DNA of 64,000 nucleotides from contig CAVPHD010000012.1 in NCBI GenBank assembly GCA_963704165.1, forward strand, positions 64,001-128,000, read 5' to 3'. Every line of letters starts with the position of its first letter. The stretch's first letter is position 1. The DNA comes from an uncultured delta proteobacterium. GTDB taxonomy: Bacteria; Myxococcota_A; UBA9160; SZUA-336. A model generated the notes under the pieces. The model had not been told where the DNA came from. It ran no database searches and saw only the letters and a list, made by a program, of their open reading frames with translations. This document shows, piece by piece, positions 11,730-20,160 of the stretch. The translations under genes were made by a program, and so were the position numbers.

Positions 11730-13820
11730 TAGCGGGGAAACGCGTCCGGGAGCCCACCATCGACCGGAAGAACCGCACCGGTGGTCGGCGTCTCCTGACG
11801 AGCGAAGAAGACCACCGCACGGCCGACATGCTCCGGTGTGACGCGCGCCTTCAGGAGATTGCGGTTCCGGTAGAACTCCTCGAGATCCCCGGGCTCGATC
11901 CCTCGCGCGGCCGCGCGGCCCGGACCCACCTCCCGCCACAGGCCCGAGGGATTCTCGGACTCGCCGAAGACCGCATCCGCGTTGACCATGTTCACGCGCA
12001 CGCCGATCCCGGCGCCCTCGAGCGCGGCGACGCGGCCGAGCTGGTGTGCTCCGGCCTTCGAAGCGCTGTAGGCGCCGAACTCGACGCCGGGCGCGAACAC
12101 GTTCTTGGTCGAGATCAGCACGATGTTCCCGCCGGTCGCCTGACGTCGGAGCTGGAAGAGCGACTCGCGCAGCGTGAGGAACGCGCCCTTCAGGTTCACG
12201 TCGACGGCCGCCTCGAAATCCTCGAGATCGAGATCCGCGAGCGCGCCGGCGCGCGCGATGCCCGCGTTCACGACCACGACGTCGACCCCGCCGAAGAGCT
12301 CCGCCGCGCGCAGGAACGCGTCGCGGACGTCGCCCTCGTCGGTCACGTCGCAGCACACGCTCTCGCAGCGATCACCGCCGATGCGCTCGCGCGCAGCGTC
12401 GAGACGGGGCTCGTCCTTGTCGACGAGCAGGACGTGCGCCCCGGCGCGCAGGAGTTCGCGCGCGACGCCCTCACCGATCGCACCGGCGCCGCCGGTGACC
12501 AGCGCGACCTGTCCTTCGAGCGCTGCGGAAGATGCGCGCCCGAGCTTCGCCTGCTCGAGGCTCCAGTATTCCATGTCGAAGAGCTCGCTCTCCGAGACAC
12601 CCTCGTAGCGGCCGATCGTCGTCGCCCAGATCTTCGTGCGCAGCGTGTGCTCGGCGATGTCGGCGACGATCCTCGCCTCGCTTCGCGTCCGACCGACGGC
12701 GACCAAGCCGATTCCGGGGAGCACCAGCACGCGCGGCGTCGGATCCAGCATCGTGCGTTCGACCCCCTTCGACGCGATGTTGCGATCGAAGTACTTCGCG
12801 TAGTCGCTCCGGTACGCCTCGATCGTCCTCGCGCAGGCGCGTGGAGAGTCCTTCGAGATTCGCGTACGGCGGTCGCTGGAGAAACAGATAGGGGCCCTTG
12901 GTGCGGATCACGTGATCGGGCGTGATCGGTGCGCTGGCCGCGAGCTCCGGGCCCTGCTCGGCGGCGGCGAAGTGCAGGATCTCGTCGGAGCTCCTGTGCT
13001 CGAGCACGAAGCGTCGGAACGGCTGCTCGAGGTCACCCGTGCGCACGGCAAGCGCGCCGCGCACGACCGACGCGATCTCCTTCCACTCGCGCATCGCCAC
13101 CACCGGACGCGCGTCGAGCGGCCGTCGGCCCTCCATCTGTTCGGCGAGGAATCCACGCGCGTGGCCGACCAACGCGATGTGACGCTCGTAGCTCGTCTTC
13201 GCGTCGGCACCGAACGTGACCAGGCCGTGCTTCTCGAGCACGAGCCCTTCCACGAGCGGATCCCGCTCGAAGATCTCGGCGGCGGATTTCGCGAGCGCGA
13301 AGCCCGGCATCGCCCAGGGAACCCAGCCGATCCGAGCGCCGAAGAGCGCGCGCACACGGGCTTCTCCGTCTGGCTGGTTCGTGAGCGCGAGGATCGCATC
13401 CGCGTGTGAATGGTCGATGAACATCGCGGGAAGAAAGGCGTGGAGCAGCGTCTCGATGCTCGGCGTCGGCGCCGTCGGATCCAGGAGCGCGCGCCGCTGC
13501 TGCGCGACCATGTCCTCGTCCGAGAGCGCATCGAGGACGCGGAGCGCGAGAAGCGGCTCGAGCAGAAGAGCGGGGAGCCCCTCGGGTTCGATCTCGGCGA
13601 GGTCCCAACCGGATCCCTTCACGCGGAGGACCGAGACCTCGCGTCCGAACAGGTCGCGCGCGGACGTCTTGACCGAAGTGTTTCCGCCGCCGTGCAGGAC
13701 CAGGTCCGGCTCGGCTCCGATCAGTCGCGACGTGTAGACACGCTCGCCAAGAGCATCGCCGTCCGCGGAGTAACGCTCGCGGTAGCGCGCGACCTCCGCT
13801 TCACTCCAGCGGCTCTCCAT
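11729..13820 (-). CDS. Bifunctional class II aldolase/short-chain dehydrogenase (RhaD-SDR type); frameshift near 12830
   Basis: HGGGNTSVK, PSIETLLH, DHSH, TPDHVIRTK; then YWSLEQAKL, TGGAGAIG, YSASK. Confidence 0.9.
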
Positions 13821-14000
13821 CGCGAGACAACCTAGCAGAGCGAGCTTGGGTTGCCCCCGCAGTCGCGCGCCGATACCCTGCGCGAGTCGGTTCCGAGTGC
13901 GCTCTGCCAAGAGCGATGGCTCGGCCCGGTCAAAGCCGTCGATGAGCGGACGGCGATCGGGGCGGGAGCTGGGTCTCGCGCGACATTCACGCGCTGCGAT

Positions 14001-14185
14001 GGGAGGTGGTCCAAAAGTGTTTCAATCAAGCACAGTGACGGCAGAGGTGGTTTCCATCTAGGTACGCCTAGAAACCTGGTGGCGGACCTGGCATGGCCCA
14101 GGAACCACCCGAACCCCGAGGGTCCGCTTGGTCACTGAGCGGGCTTCCGCCAAGGCGGACGCAGACACCTTCGGGGTTTTTCTCG
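14001..14185 (+). other. Structured leader/ncRNA candidate containing a 14 aa ORF (14017-14061)
   Basis: SD GGGAGGTG; GTG..TAG = MFQSSTVTAEVVSI; nested helices 14033-39/14131-37, 14046-55/14101-09, 14058-62/14067-71, 14002-08/14166-72; T run after CTTCGG. Confidence 0.4.
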
Positions 14186-14226
14186 GCCATTTTTCATCGG
14201 GACGCAGACGATTGGGGGCAGCTGAA

Positions 14227-15469
14227 GTGGAGTTCGAGAAGCGCTGCCGCGATCTGCTTCCGAGCCTCCGACGCGAGGCGCACGGCCTGCGTTTCCACGT
14301 CGCGACGATCGACGGTCCGGCGGTGATGTCGTCGTGGACCTCGGCACATCTCGCGCTGGCCCTGCGCCACGTCGATCCCGACGTCGCGCTCTCGGAGCTG
14401 CGCAGCCTGTACTCCGGCTGCCAGCGGGACGACGGCCTGCTCGCGGCCGAGCGCGTCGCCGGAGACGCCGAGCGCAGCGCACGCGCGGGCGAGGTCGGCC
14501 CGATCTTCGGCGAAGACCAGCGATCGCATCTGATCGCGCCGCCGGTCGCCGCGTTCGCCGTCGCGAGCCTGCGTGCTCGCGGGCGCGCCGGACGCTCGTG
14601 ATCTGCTCGAGTGCGCGACGCGCGAGCTCGACGCCATCTGGGGCGAACGACTTCCGCCCGACACGCCCCTGCCCGTGATCCTCCACCCTCTGGAGTCCGG
14701 AGTCCCGCGCTCGGCCCTCTTCGATCGCGATCGTGGACTCCGAGGACGACGACGAGTGGCGCGACGACAGCGCGACGCTGTTCCGCTCCGCCGCCGCGTG
14801 CCGGCTCGATCCCGAGTACGCGCTGCGCGCGGGTCATCCGTTCGTGATCGAGGACCCCGTCTTCTGTGGCTGGCTGCTGCTGGCGCTCGAGGAATCCTCG
14901 CGCGCGCTGGGAGAAGCTCGGCGACACCATGGCGTGTCAGAAGCTGCGCATCCGCGCCGGCATGATCGCGGACGGGATCCACTCCCGTCTCTGGTGGGAG
15001 GAGCAGGAGATCTACACCGGCTGGAACCGCGGCCGGCAGAGCGCGCTTCGGGCCGTGACCGCCGGGGGACTCGTGCCCGCGGCGACGCGCACGCTGATCG
15101 AGGAGGGTACGCCCCGCCGCGTCGTGGACCGCCACCTCCGCCCCGCCGCATCCGCGCTGTGGAGCTCACGCGGCGTCTTCCACGCTCCACCGAAACACGC
15201 CGAACGCGACGACCTCGACGGGCGCGGCGATCGGCCGGACGCCGCGTCGCCGATCGCGCACTTCTGGGCCCACCTCGTGCTCTCGCGCGCCGATCGGCCC
15301 GCAGAGGCGCGCATCGCCCGCGACCCAGCTCGAGGAGCTCGCCCTCGCGCGCGGGTTCCAGTGCGAATACGAGATCGGCCTCGACGAGCCCGAGACGGCG
15401 TCCCGGGACAGCTCCGCGTGCCCGTTGCTCGCCCTCGGAATGCGCGAACAGGAAGGGGGTCTGCTGTAG
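14227..15469 (+). CDS. MGH1/GH63-like glycoside hydrolase homolog, degenerate; about four frameshifts
   Basis: Stitched motifs SSWTSAHLALALRHVDP..ELRSLY..QRDDG, LIAPPV, ILHPLESG, FVIEDPVFCGWL, GFQCEY; shifts near 14580, 14725, 14910, 15320. Confidence 0.6.
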
Positions 15470-15485
15470 ACTGGAGCGCGACACC

Positions 15486-16094
15486 ATGGGCTTCTACGAA
15501 CGCTACGTCTTCCCGCGCGTCCTCGACTTCGCGATGCGAAGGATGGAGCCGCTGCGCGGCGGCGTGCTCGCGCCAGCGACGGGTGACGTGCTCGAGATCG
15601 GATTTGGCACCGGGCTGAACCTGGCGCATTACCCCGATTCCGTCCGATCCCTTTCCGCGGTCGATCCGATGGATGCACTGCCGGAGCGCGTCGCGGAGCG
15701 GATCGCGGCGTCGGCGTTCCCCGTCGAGCGACACCGCCTGCGCGCCGATGGCCGGCTGCCGTTCGACGCCGCGCGCTTCGACTGCGCCGCGATGACCTGG
15801 ACGCTGTGCACGATCCCCGATCCGATCGCGGCGTTGCGCGAGCTTCGCCGCGTGCTGAAGCCCGGTGGGACGCTGCTCTTCATCGAGCACGGCCGCAGCG
15901 ACGATCCGCGCGTCGCTCGGTTTCAAGATCGCTGGAATCCGATCCAGAAGGTGATCGGCGTCGGCTGCAATGCAAATCGCAAGATCGACGCGTTGATTCG
16001 CGAAGGCGGCTTCGAGTTCGAGAAGCTCGACCGTTTCAAGGCCGACGGTCCGCGCTTCCTCGCCGAGATGTACAGCGGGGTCGCTCGGAGCTGA
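15486..16094 (+). CDS. Class I SAM-dependent methyltransferase
   Basis: VLEIGFGTG, WTLCTIPD, LRRVLKPGG..FIEHG. Confidence 0.92.
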   Translation: MGFYERYVFPRVLDFAMRRMEPLRGGVLAPATGDVLEIGFGTGLNLAHYPDSVRSLSAVDPMDALPERVAERIAASAFPVERHRLRADGRLPFDAARFDCAAMTWTLCTIPDPIAALRELRRVLKPGGTLLFIEHGRSDDPRVARFQDRWNPIQKVIGVGCNANRKIDALIREGGFEFEKLDRFKADGPRFLAEMYSGVARS

Positions 16095-16099
16095 GTCGC

Positions 16100-16167
16100 T
16101 TGCGCCTGTGCCGGTCGCGGCGTAGGCTTCGTTCCAAATCAAGAACCGGCGTTCTGAATAATGGAAC
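16100..16167 (+). promoter_or_regulatory. Promoter and paired palindromic operators of the IclR gene
   Basis: TTGCGC-17 bp-TAGGCT (16100-16128); GTTCCAAATCAAGAAC and GTTCTGAATAATGGAAC. Confidence 0.55.
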
Positions 16168-16952
16168 GATCAGGCGACTTCAGCGGAACCATCGACAAGG
16201 CCCTCGAGCTGCTCTTCCACCTGCACGAGCAGCCCGCGGCGCGCGGCGTGTCGGAGCTCGGCCGCACGCTCTCGCTCCCGAAATCGACGGCGCATCGGCT
16301 GCTCACCTCGCTCTCGAAGCGCGGCCTGGTCGAGCGCGACGCGCTCGGCCGCTATCGGCCGGGCATCGCGCTCGTGGCGCTGGGGCTCGGCGTCCTCGAG
16401 CGCGAGCCGCTGGTGGAGGCGGCGCGCCCGGTTCTCGAGCGCAAAGCGGAGGCGCTCGGCGAAACGATCTTCCTGTCGGGCGCGCGGGCCGGCCGACTCT
16501 ACGTGCTCGACAAGCAGGAGGGCTCGGGCTTCCTGCGCGCCGCGCCGCGCGTCGGCAGCGAGATTCCAGCGCACGCGACCGCGATCGGAAAACTGTATCT
16601 CGCGTTCGCGCCCGACGATCTGCTTCGGACCGAAGCGAAGCTGCATCGCTTCACGCCCGAGACGCTGATCGATACGGCGGAGCTGGCGCGCGAGATCGAG
16701 CGCGTGCGCGCGAACGGCGTCGCCGAGATGCGCGACGAGTGGATTCCCGGGCTGGCCGGGGTGGCCGCACCGATCCGGCTCGGCGAGCGGCTCCTGGGCG
16801 CGATCGCGCTCGCGGCACCGAGCTCGCACTTCTCCGGTGCGAACGAGCGCCCCTTCCGAGACGGAGTGCTCGCGGCGGCCCTTGAGATCGAGACCCGCGT
16901 CGCGGGCGGCCGGGCTGAGGCTCGGCCCCGACGCGCAGGAGGTGACACATGA
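16161..16952 (+). CDS. IclR family transcriptional regulator
   Basis: HTH LPKSTAHRLL; PAHATAIGK; GVAAPI. Confidence 0.95.
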   Translation: MERSGDFSGTIDKALELLFHLHEQPAARGVSELGRTLSLPKSTAHRLLTSLSKRGLVERDALGRYRPGIALVALGLGVLEREPLVEAARPVLERKAEALGETIFLSGARAGRLYVLDKQEGSGFLRAAPRVGSEIPAHATAIGKLYLAFAPDDLLRTEAKLHRFTPETLIDTAELAREIERVRANGVAEMRDEWIPGLAGVAAPIRLGERLLGAIALAAPSSHFSGANERPFRDGVLAAALEIETRVAGGRAEARPRRAGGDT

Positions 16953-17821
16953 AGGTGTGGATCGACGGACGCGTGGTCGATGGCAGCGAAGCGCGCGTTC
17001 CGGTCACCGATCACGGACTGCTCTACGGCGACGGGATCTTCGAGGGCATCCGCCTCGCGGGCGGTCGCGTGTTTCGGCTCGACAGCCACCTGGCGCGGCT
17101 CCGGGATTCCGGCCGCGCGATCGGCCTCGAGCTTCCCGGCGGTGTCGCCGCCATCCGCGCCATCGTGCTCGAAACCGCGCGCGCCTGGGGTCGCCCCGAC
17201 GGTTACGTGCGACTGCTCGTCACGCGCGGCGACGGCGCCATGGGTGTGGATCCGACGCGCTGTCCGAGCCCGCGCGTGATCTGCATCGCCTGCGAGATCG
17301 AGCTGTACCCGGTGAGCCTGCTCGAATCCGGGATCTCGATGGTGACGGTGAGCACGAGAAAGCCGGGGCCGGACGTGCTCGATCCTCGCGTCAAGAGCCT
17401 CAACTACCTGAACAGCGTGCTCGCCAAACGCGAGGCTCGCCTGCGCGGCGCCGACGAAGCGCTGATCCTGAACTCCGCGGGGAGGGTGGCCGAGGCCGCG
17501 GTGGCGAACGTCTTCGCGTTCCGGCGCGGCAAGCTCTCTACTCCACCCGCGTCCGACGGTGCGCTCGAGGGGGTGACACGTGGCAGTGTTCTCGAGCTCG
17601 CCGCCGAGTTCGGCATTCCCGCGGAGGAGCGCAGCCTGACTCGAATGGACCTGCTCTCGGCCGACGAGGTCTTCGTGTCCGGGACAGGGGCACGGATCGT
17701 CGGCGTGCGCTCGCTCGACGGTGAGGAGATCGGAGTTCGAGCACCGGGGCCGGTCACGGAGAAGCTCGCCGCGGCCTTCGGCGAGTTGGCGCGGACCGAC
17801 GGGGTGGTCTTCCTCGACTAG
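16949..17821 (+). CDS. ilvE: Branched-chain amino acid aminotransferase (PLP class IV)
   Basis: DHGLLYGDGIFEGIR, KSLNYLN, LEGVTR, ADEVFVSGT. Confidence 0.9.
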   Translation: MKVWIDGRVVDGSEARVPVTDHGLLYGDGIFEGIRLAGGRVFRLDSHLARLRDSGRAIGLELPGGVAAIRAIVLETARAWGRPDGYVRLLVTRGDGAMGVDPTRCPSPRVICIACEIELYPVSLLESGISMVTVSTRKPGPDVLDPRVKSLNYLNSVLAKREARLRGADEALILNSAGRVAEAAVANVFAFRRGKLSTPPASDGALEGVTRGSVLELAAEFGIPAEERSLTRMDLLSADEVFVSGTGARIVGVRSLDGEEIGVRAPGPVTEKLAAAFGELARTDGVVFLD

Positions 17822-18501
17822 CGGGAGTCCGGGATCCGCGAGTGGTGTGCGATCTGCTCGTCGGAGTACGCGTACTCCGGGCCGACCACGCACGCCCGCC
17901 GGGCATCGCAGGCTCGAGCACAGGCCGGAAGCGTGAGTCGCACCTGGTAGCAGGCCGCCGAATCGACGCCGCTTGCGCCGACGACACCGCCGTGGCACGC
18001 GCCGACGCACGGAGCCGGGCAACCGTCGCAAGGTGAATACGGCTCGGGCACGCTCTGCGCGACGCTCTCGGACACGAGCAGCACCGCGCGAATTCCGATC
18101 CAAGGTCCGTAGCGGGGATGAATCAGGACGCCCACGCGACCGGGCGCGCCGAAGCCCGCGCTCTTCGCCAGCGCGACGAGCGGAAGGTACACACCATCGC
18201 GTCGGTCCGCGTAGAAGCCGATCGACGCTCCCGGATCGCAGAGCGACGCCGACTCGGCGAGCACGCGCCGCGTGTACGCGTCGAGCGGATCGTGCAGGAG
18301 CGCGCGCTCCGGCGAGCGCGTGAAGCGCTCCCAGAGCACGCGCCCCGCGTTCCCGACGACGAGCGCACCGCGTGCGCCCTTTGCGATCCGCGCGGAGCGC
18401 CACGGTTCCGGGACGAGCGCGTCGTACGCGGTGATCGAGAGCGTGCCGGTCAGCCCGAGTCCGGCGTCCGCGAGCCGAGCGACGGTTTCTTCGAGGCTCA
18501 A
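17818..18501 (-). CDS. CblC(MMACHC)/QueG-like protein with C-terminal Cys cluster
   Basis: VVGNAG..LW, DPLDAYT, LIHPRYGPWIGIRAVL, CxxCxxxCxxxC, CDARRAC; TTG start overlapping upstream stop. Confidence 0.6.
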   Translation of the reverse strand: MSLEETVARLADAGLGLTGTLSITAYDALVPEPWRSARIAKGARGALVVGNAGRVLWERFTRSPERALLHDPLDAYTRRVLAESASLCDPGASIGFYADRRDGVYLPLVALAKSAGFGAPGRVGVLIHPRYGPWIGIRAVLLVSESVAQSVPEPYSPCDGCPAPCVGACHGGVVGASGVDSAACYQVRLTLPACARACDARRACVVGPEYAYSDEQIAHHSRIPDSR

Positions 18502-19442
18502 GCCCCGCTCTCGAAACGTTGCCCGAGCGAGATCCCGACTCGTTTCGCGAATTCCGCGGCCGCCTCCTTCCCGGCGCCGGCTCGCACGCGCCCGACCCGC
18601 AGCACGCCGCCGCTTAGAGCGATCGCGAGCCCCTCCGCGTCGCACGCGACGACACTCCCCGCGGTCGGTCCCCCCGCATCGGGAAGGAGCGCGGAGTCGA
18701 AGAGCCGGACCGGTTCGCCCGCGAGGCGCAGGAACGCCCCGGGTTGGGGATCACAGCCGCGCACGAGCCGACCGATGACGTCTGCGGGCGCCTTCAGATC
18801 GATCGCGGCCACCGCGTCATCGACGAGCCCATGCGAGGTCGCGCGGGATTCGTCCTGCGTCCAGGGACGCGCACGGCCGCTCGCGATCAGCTCCACGGCC
18901 TCGACGAGTGCCTCGATCCCGAGAGGCTGGAGCTTCTCGAAGAAGAGCGATGAACTCGTCTCCGTGTCCGAGATCGTCACTCCGCCCCTTTGCACGACGA
19001 TCGGGCCGGTATCGACGCCGTCGTCCGGAACGAAGATCGATACGCCCGACTCGCGCTCGCCGAGAATGATCTGGTACTGCAGCGCCGCGCCTCCGCGGAA
19101 CCGCGGCAAGAGCGACGGGTGGAAGCACAGGCTCTTGTGCCGCGGCGCGTCGGTGATCTCGCGCGGCAGGAAGACCTGGACCGACGCGAGCAGATTCAAA
19201 TCGGCTTCGAGCGCACGGTACTCCGAGAGGGCCGCGGCGATCGGCTCTCCGTTCTTCTTGCGGAAGAATCGACGCCGCACGAGTGGGATACCGAGCTCGG
19301 CGGCGCGCTCGACGAGGACGTCGGGCCGGCCTGTGTCGGGCGGTGCGAAGACGGCGACGACATCGTGCCCCTTCGCACGCACGCGCTCGAGTGTTTCGCG
19401 GCCGAACGCCGCCTGTCCGAACAGCGCGATGCGAAGGCTCAT
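18498..19442 (-). CDS. Formyltransferase family protein (Fmt-like / 10-formyl-THF hydrolase-domain-like)
   Basis: FGQAAFG, CFHPSLLPRFRG, DDGVDTGP, RGCDPQPGAF. Confidence 0.85.
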   Translation of the reverse strand: MSLRIALFGQAAFGRETLERVRAKGHDVVAVFAPPDTGRPDVLVERAAELGIPLVRRRFFRKKNGEPIAAALSEYRALEADLNLLASVQVFLPREITDAPRHKSLCFHPSLLPRFRGGAALQYQIILGERESGVSIFVPDDGVDTGPIVVQRGGVTISDTETSSSLFFEKLQPLGIEALVEAVELIASGRARPWTQDESRATSHGLVDDAVAAIDLKAPADVIGRLVRGCDPQPGAFLRLAGEPVRLFDSALLPDAGGPTAGSVVACDAEGLAIALSGGVLRVGRVRAGAGKEAAAEFAKRVGISLGQRFESGA

Positions 19443-20080
19443 TCGGGCAGCCTATCACGCGGTCCGAGCGATCGGACCGGGCGCGCCGGGTGACCGATGG
19501 CGAGTACACCCGGCGGCAGATCTCGAGTCACGACGGATCGCGCACCGACGACGACGCCGTCACCGATCGTGACGCCCTGAAGGATCGTGACGTCCGAGGC
19601 GATCCAGACCCTCTCACCGATCGTCACCGGACTGCTGCGTTCCGGTGTGTGGATGTCGAGGTGGTGGAAGTCCGAGTCGAGCACGCGTGAGCCGAAGCCG
19701 ATCATCGAATCGTCACCCATGCGGATGCCGACGTTCGCGTGCAGCATCGCTCCATTCACCAAGCAGCGCGCTCCGAGCTCGATGCTCGCGCCCTCGGCCA
19801 CCGTCACGTAGTTCGGACCACATTCCGTGCGCAGCCAGACGCGTCGTCCGAGCGAGAGCGACCCGCCCGACTGAACCCAGACGTGGTTCGCACGACGGCG
19901 TTCCGTCGCGTAGCCATCACCGACCACGACGCGCGCCCCCGGCTCGATTCGCAGGTCCGTGAGGCGCAGATTCGGCGAGACGGACGCACCGAGCTCGAGT
20001 CTCTCGCCGAAACGCTGGCGCCAGATCGCGAAACGGAATCGGTCCCAGGCGTAGATCGCGCGCAGCAGCTCGGCTTGCAT
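19439..20080 (-). CDS. Hexapeptide-repeat (LbH) acyltransferase
   Basis: DSDFH..PVTIGERVWI..GVTIGDGVVVGARSVVT..GHPAR. Confidence 0.9.
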   Translation of the reverse strand: MQAELLRAIYAWDRFRFAIWRQRFGERLELGASVSPNLRLTDLRIEPGARVVVGDGYATERRRANHVWVQSGGSLSLGRRVWLRTECGPNYVTVAEGASIELGARCLVNGAMLHANVGIRMGDDSMIGFGSRVLDSDFHHLDIHTPERSSPVTIGERVWIASDVTILQGVTIGDGVVVGARSVVTRDLPPGVLAIGHPARPVRSLGPRDRLPE

Positions 20081-20160
20081 GGCGGCGGAGTCTACCACTG
20101 GAGCGTGGTGTCACTCGCGCGCTCCACTTCGGCCGCATGGGCGACCGATAAGCGCCTGCG

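Noticed and set aside
12800..12860. Programmed frameshift in the aldolase-SDR gene
   Set aside because: No slippery heptamer; one of many scattered indels, better explained as sequence error.
14001..14185. 6S RNA, SAM-I or ZTP riboswitch identity for the structured region
   Set aside because: Only fragmentary resemblance; conserved cores and usual gene context absent, so left unassigned.
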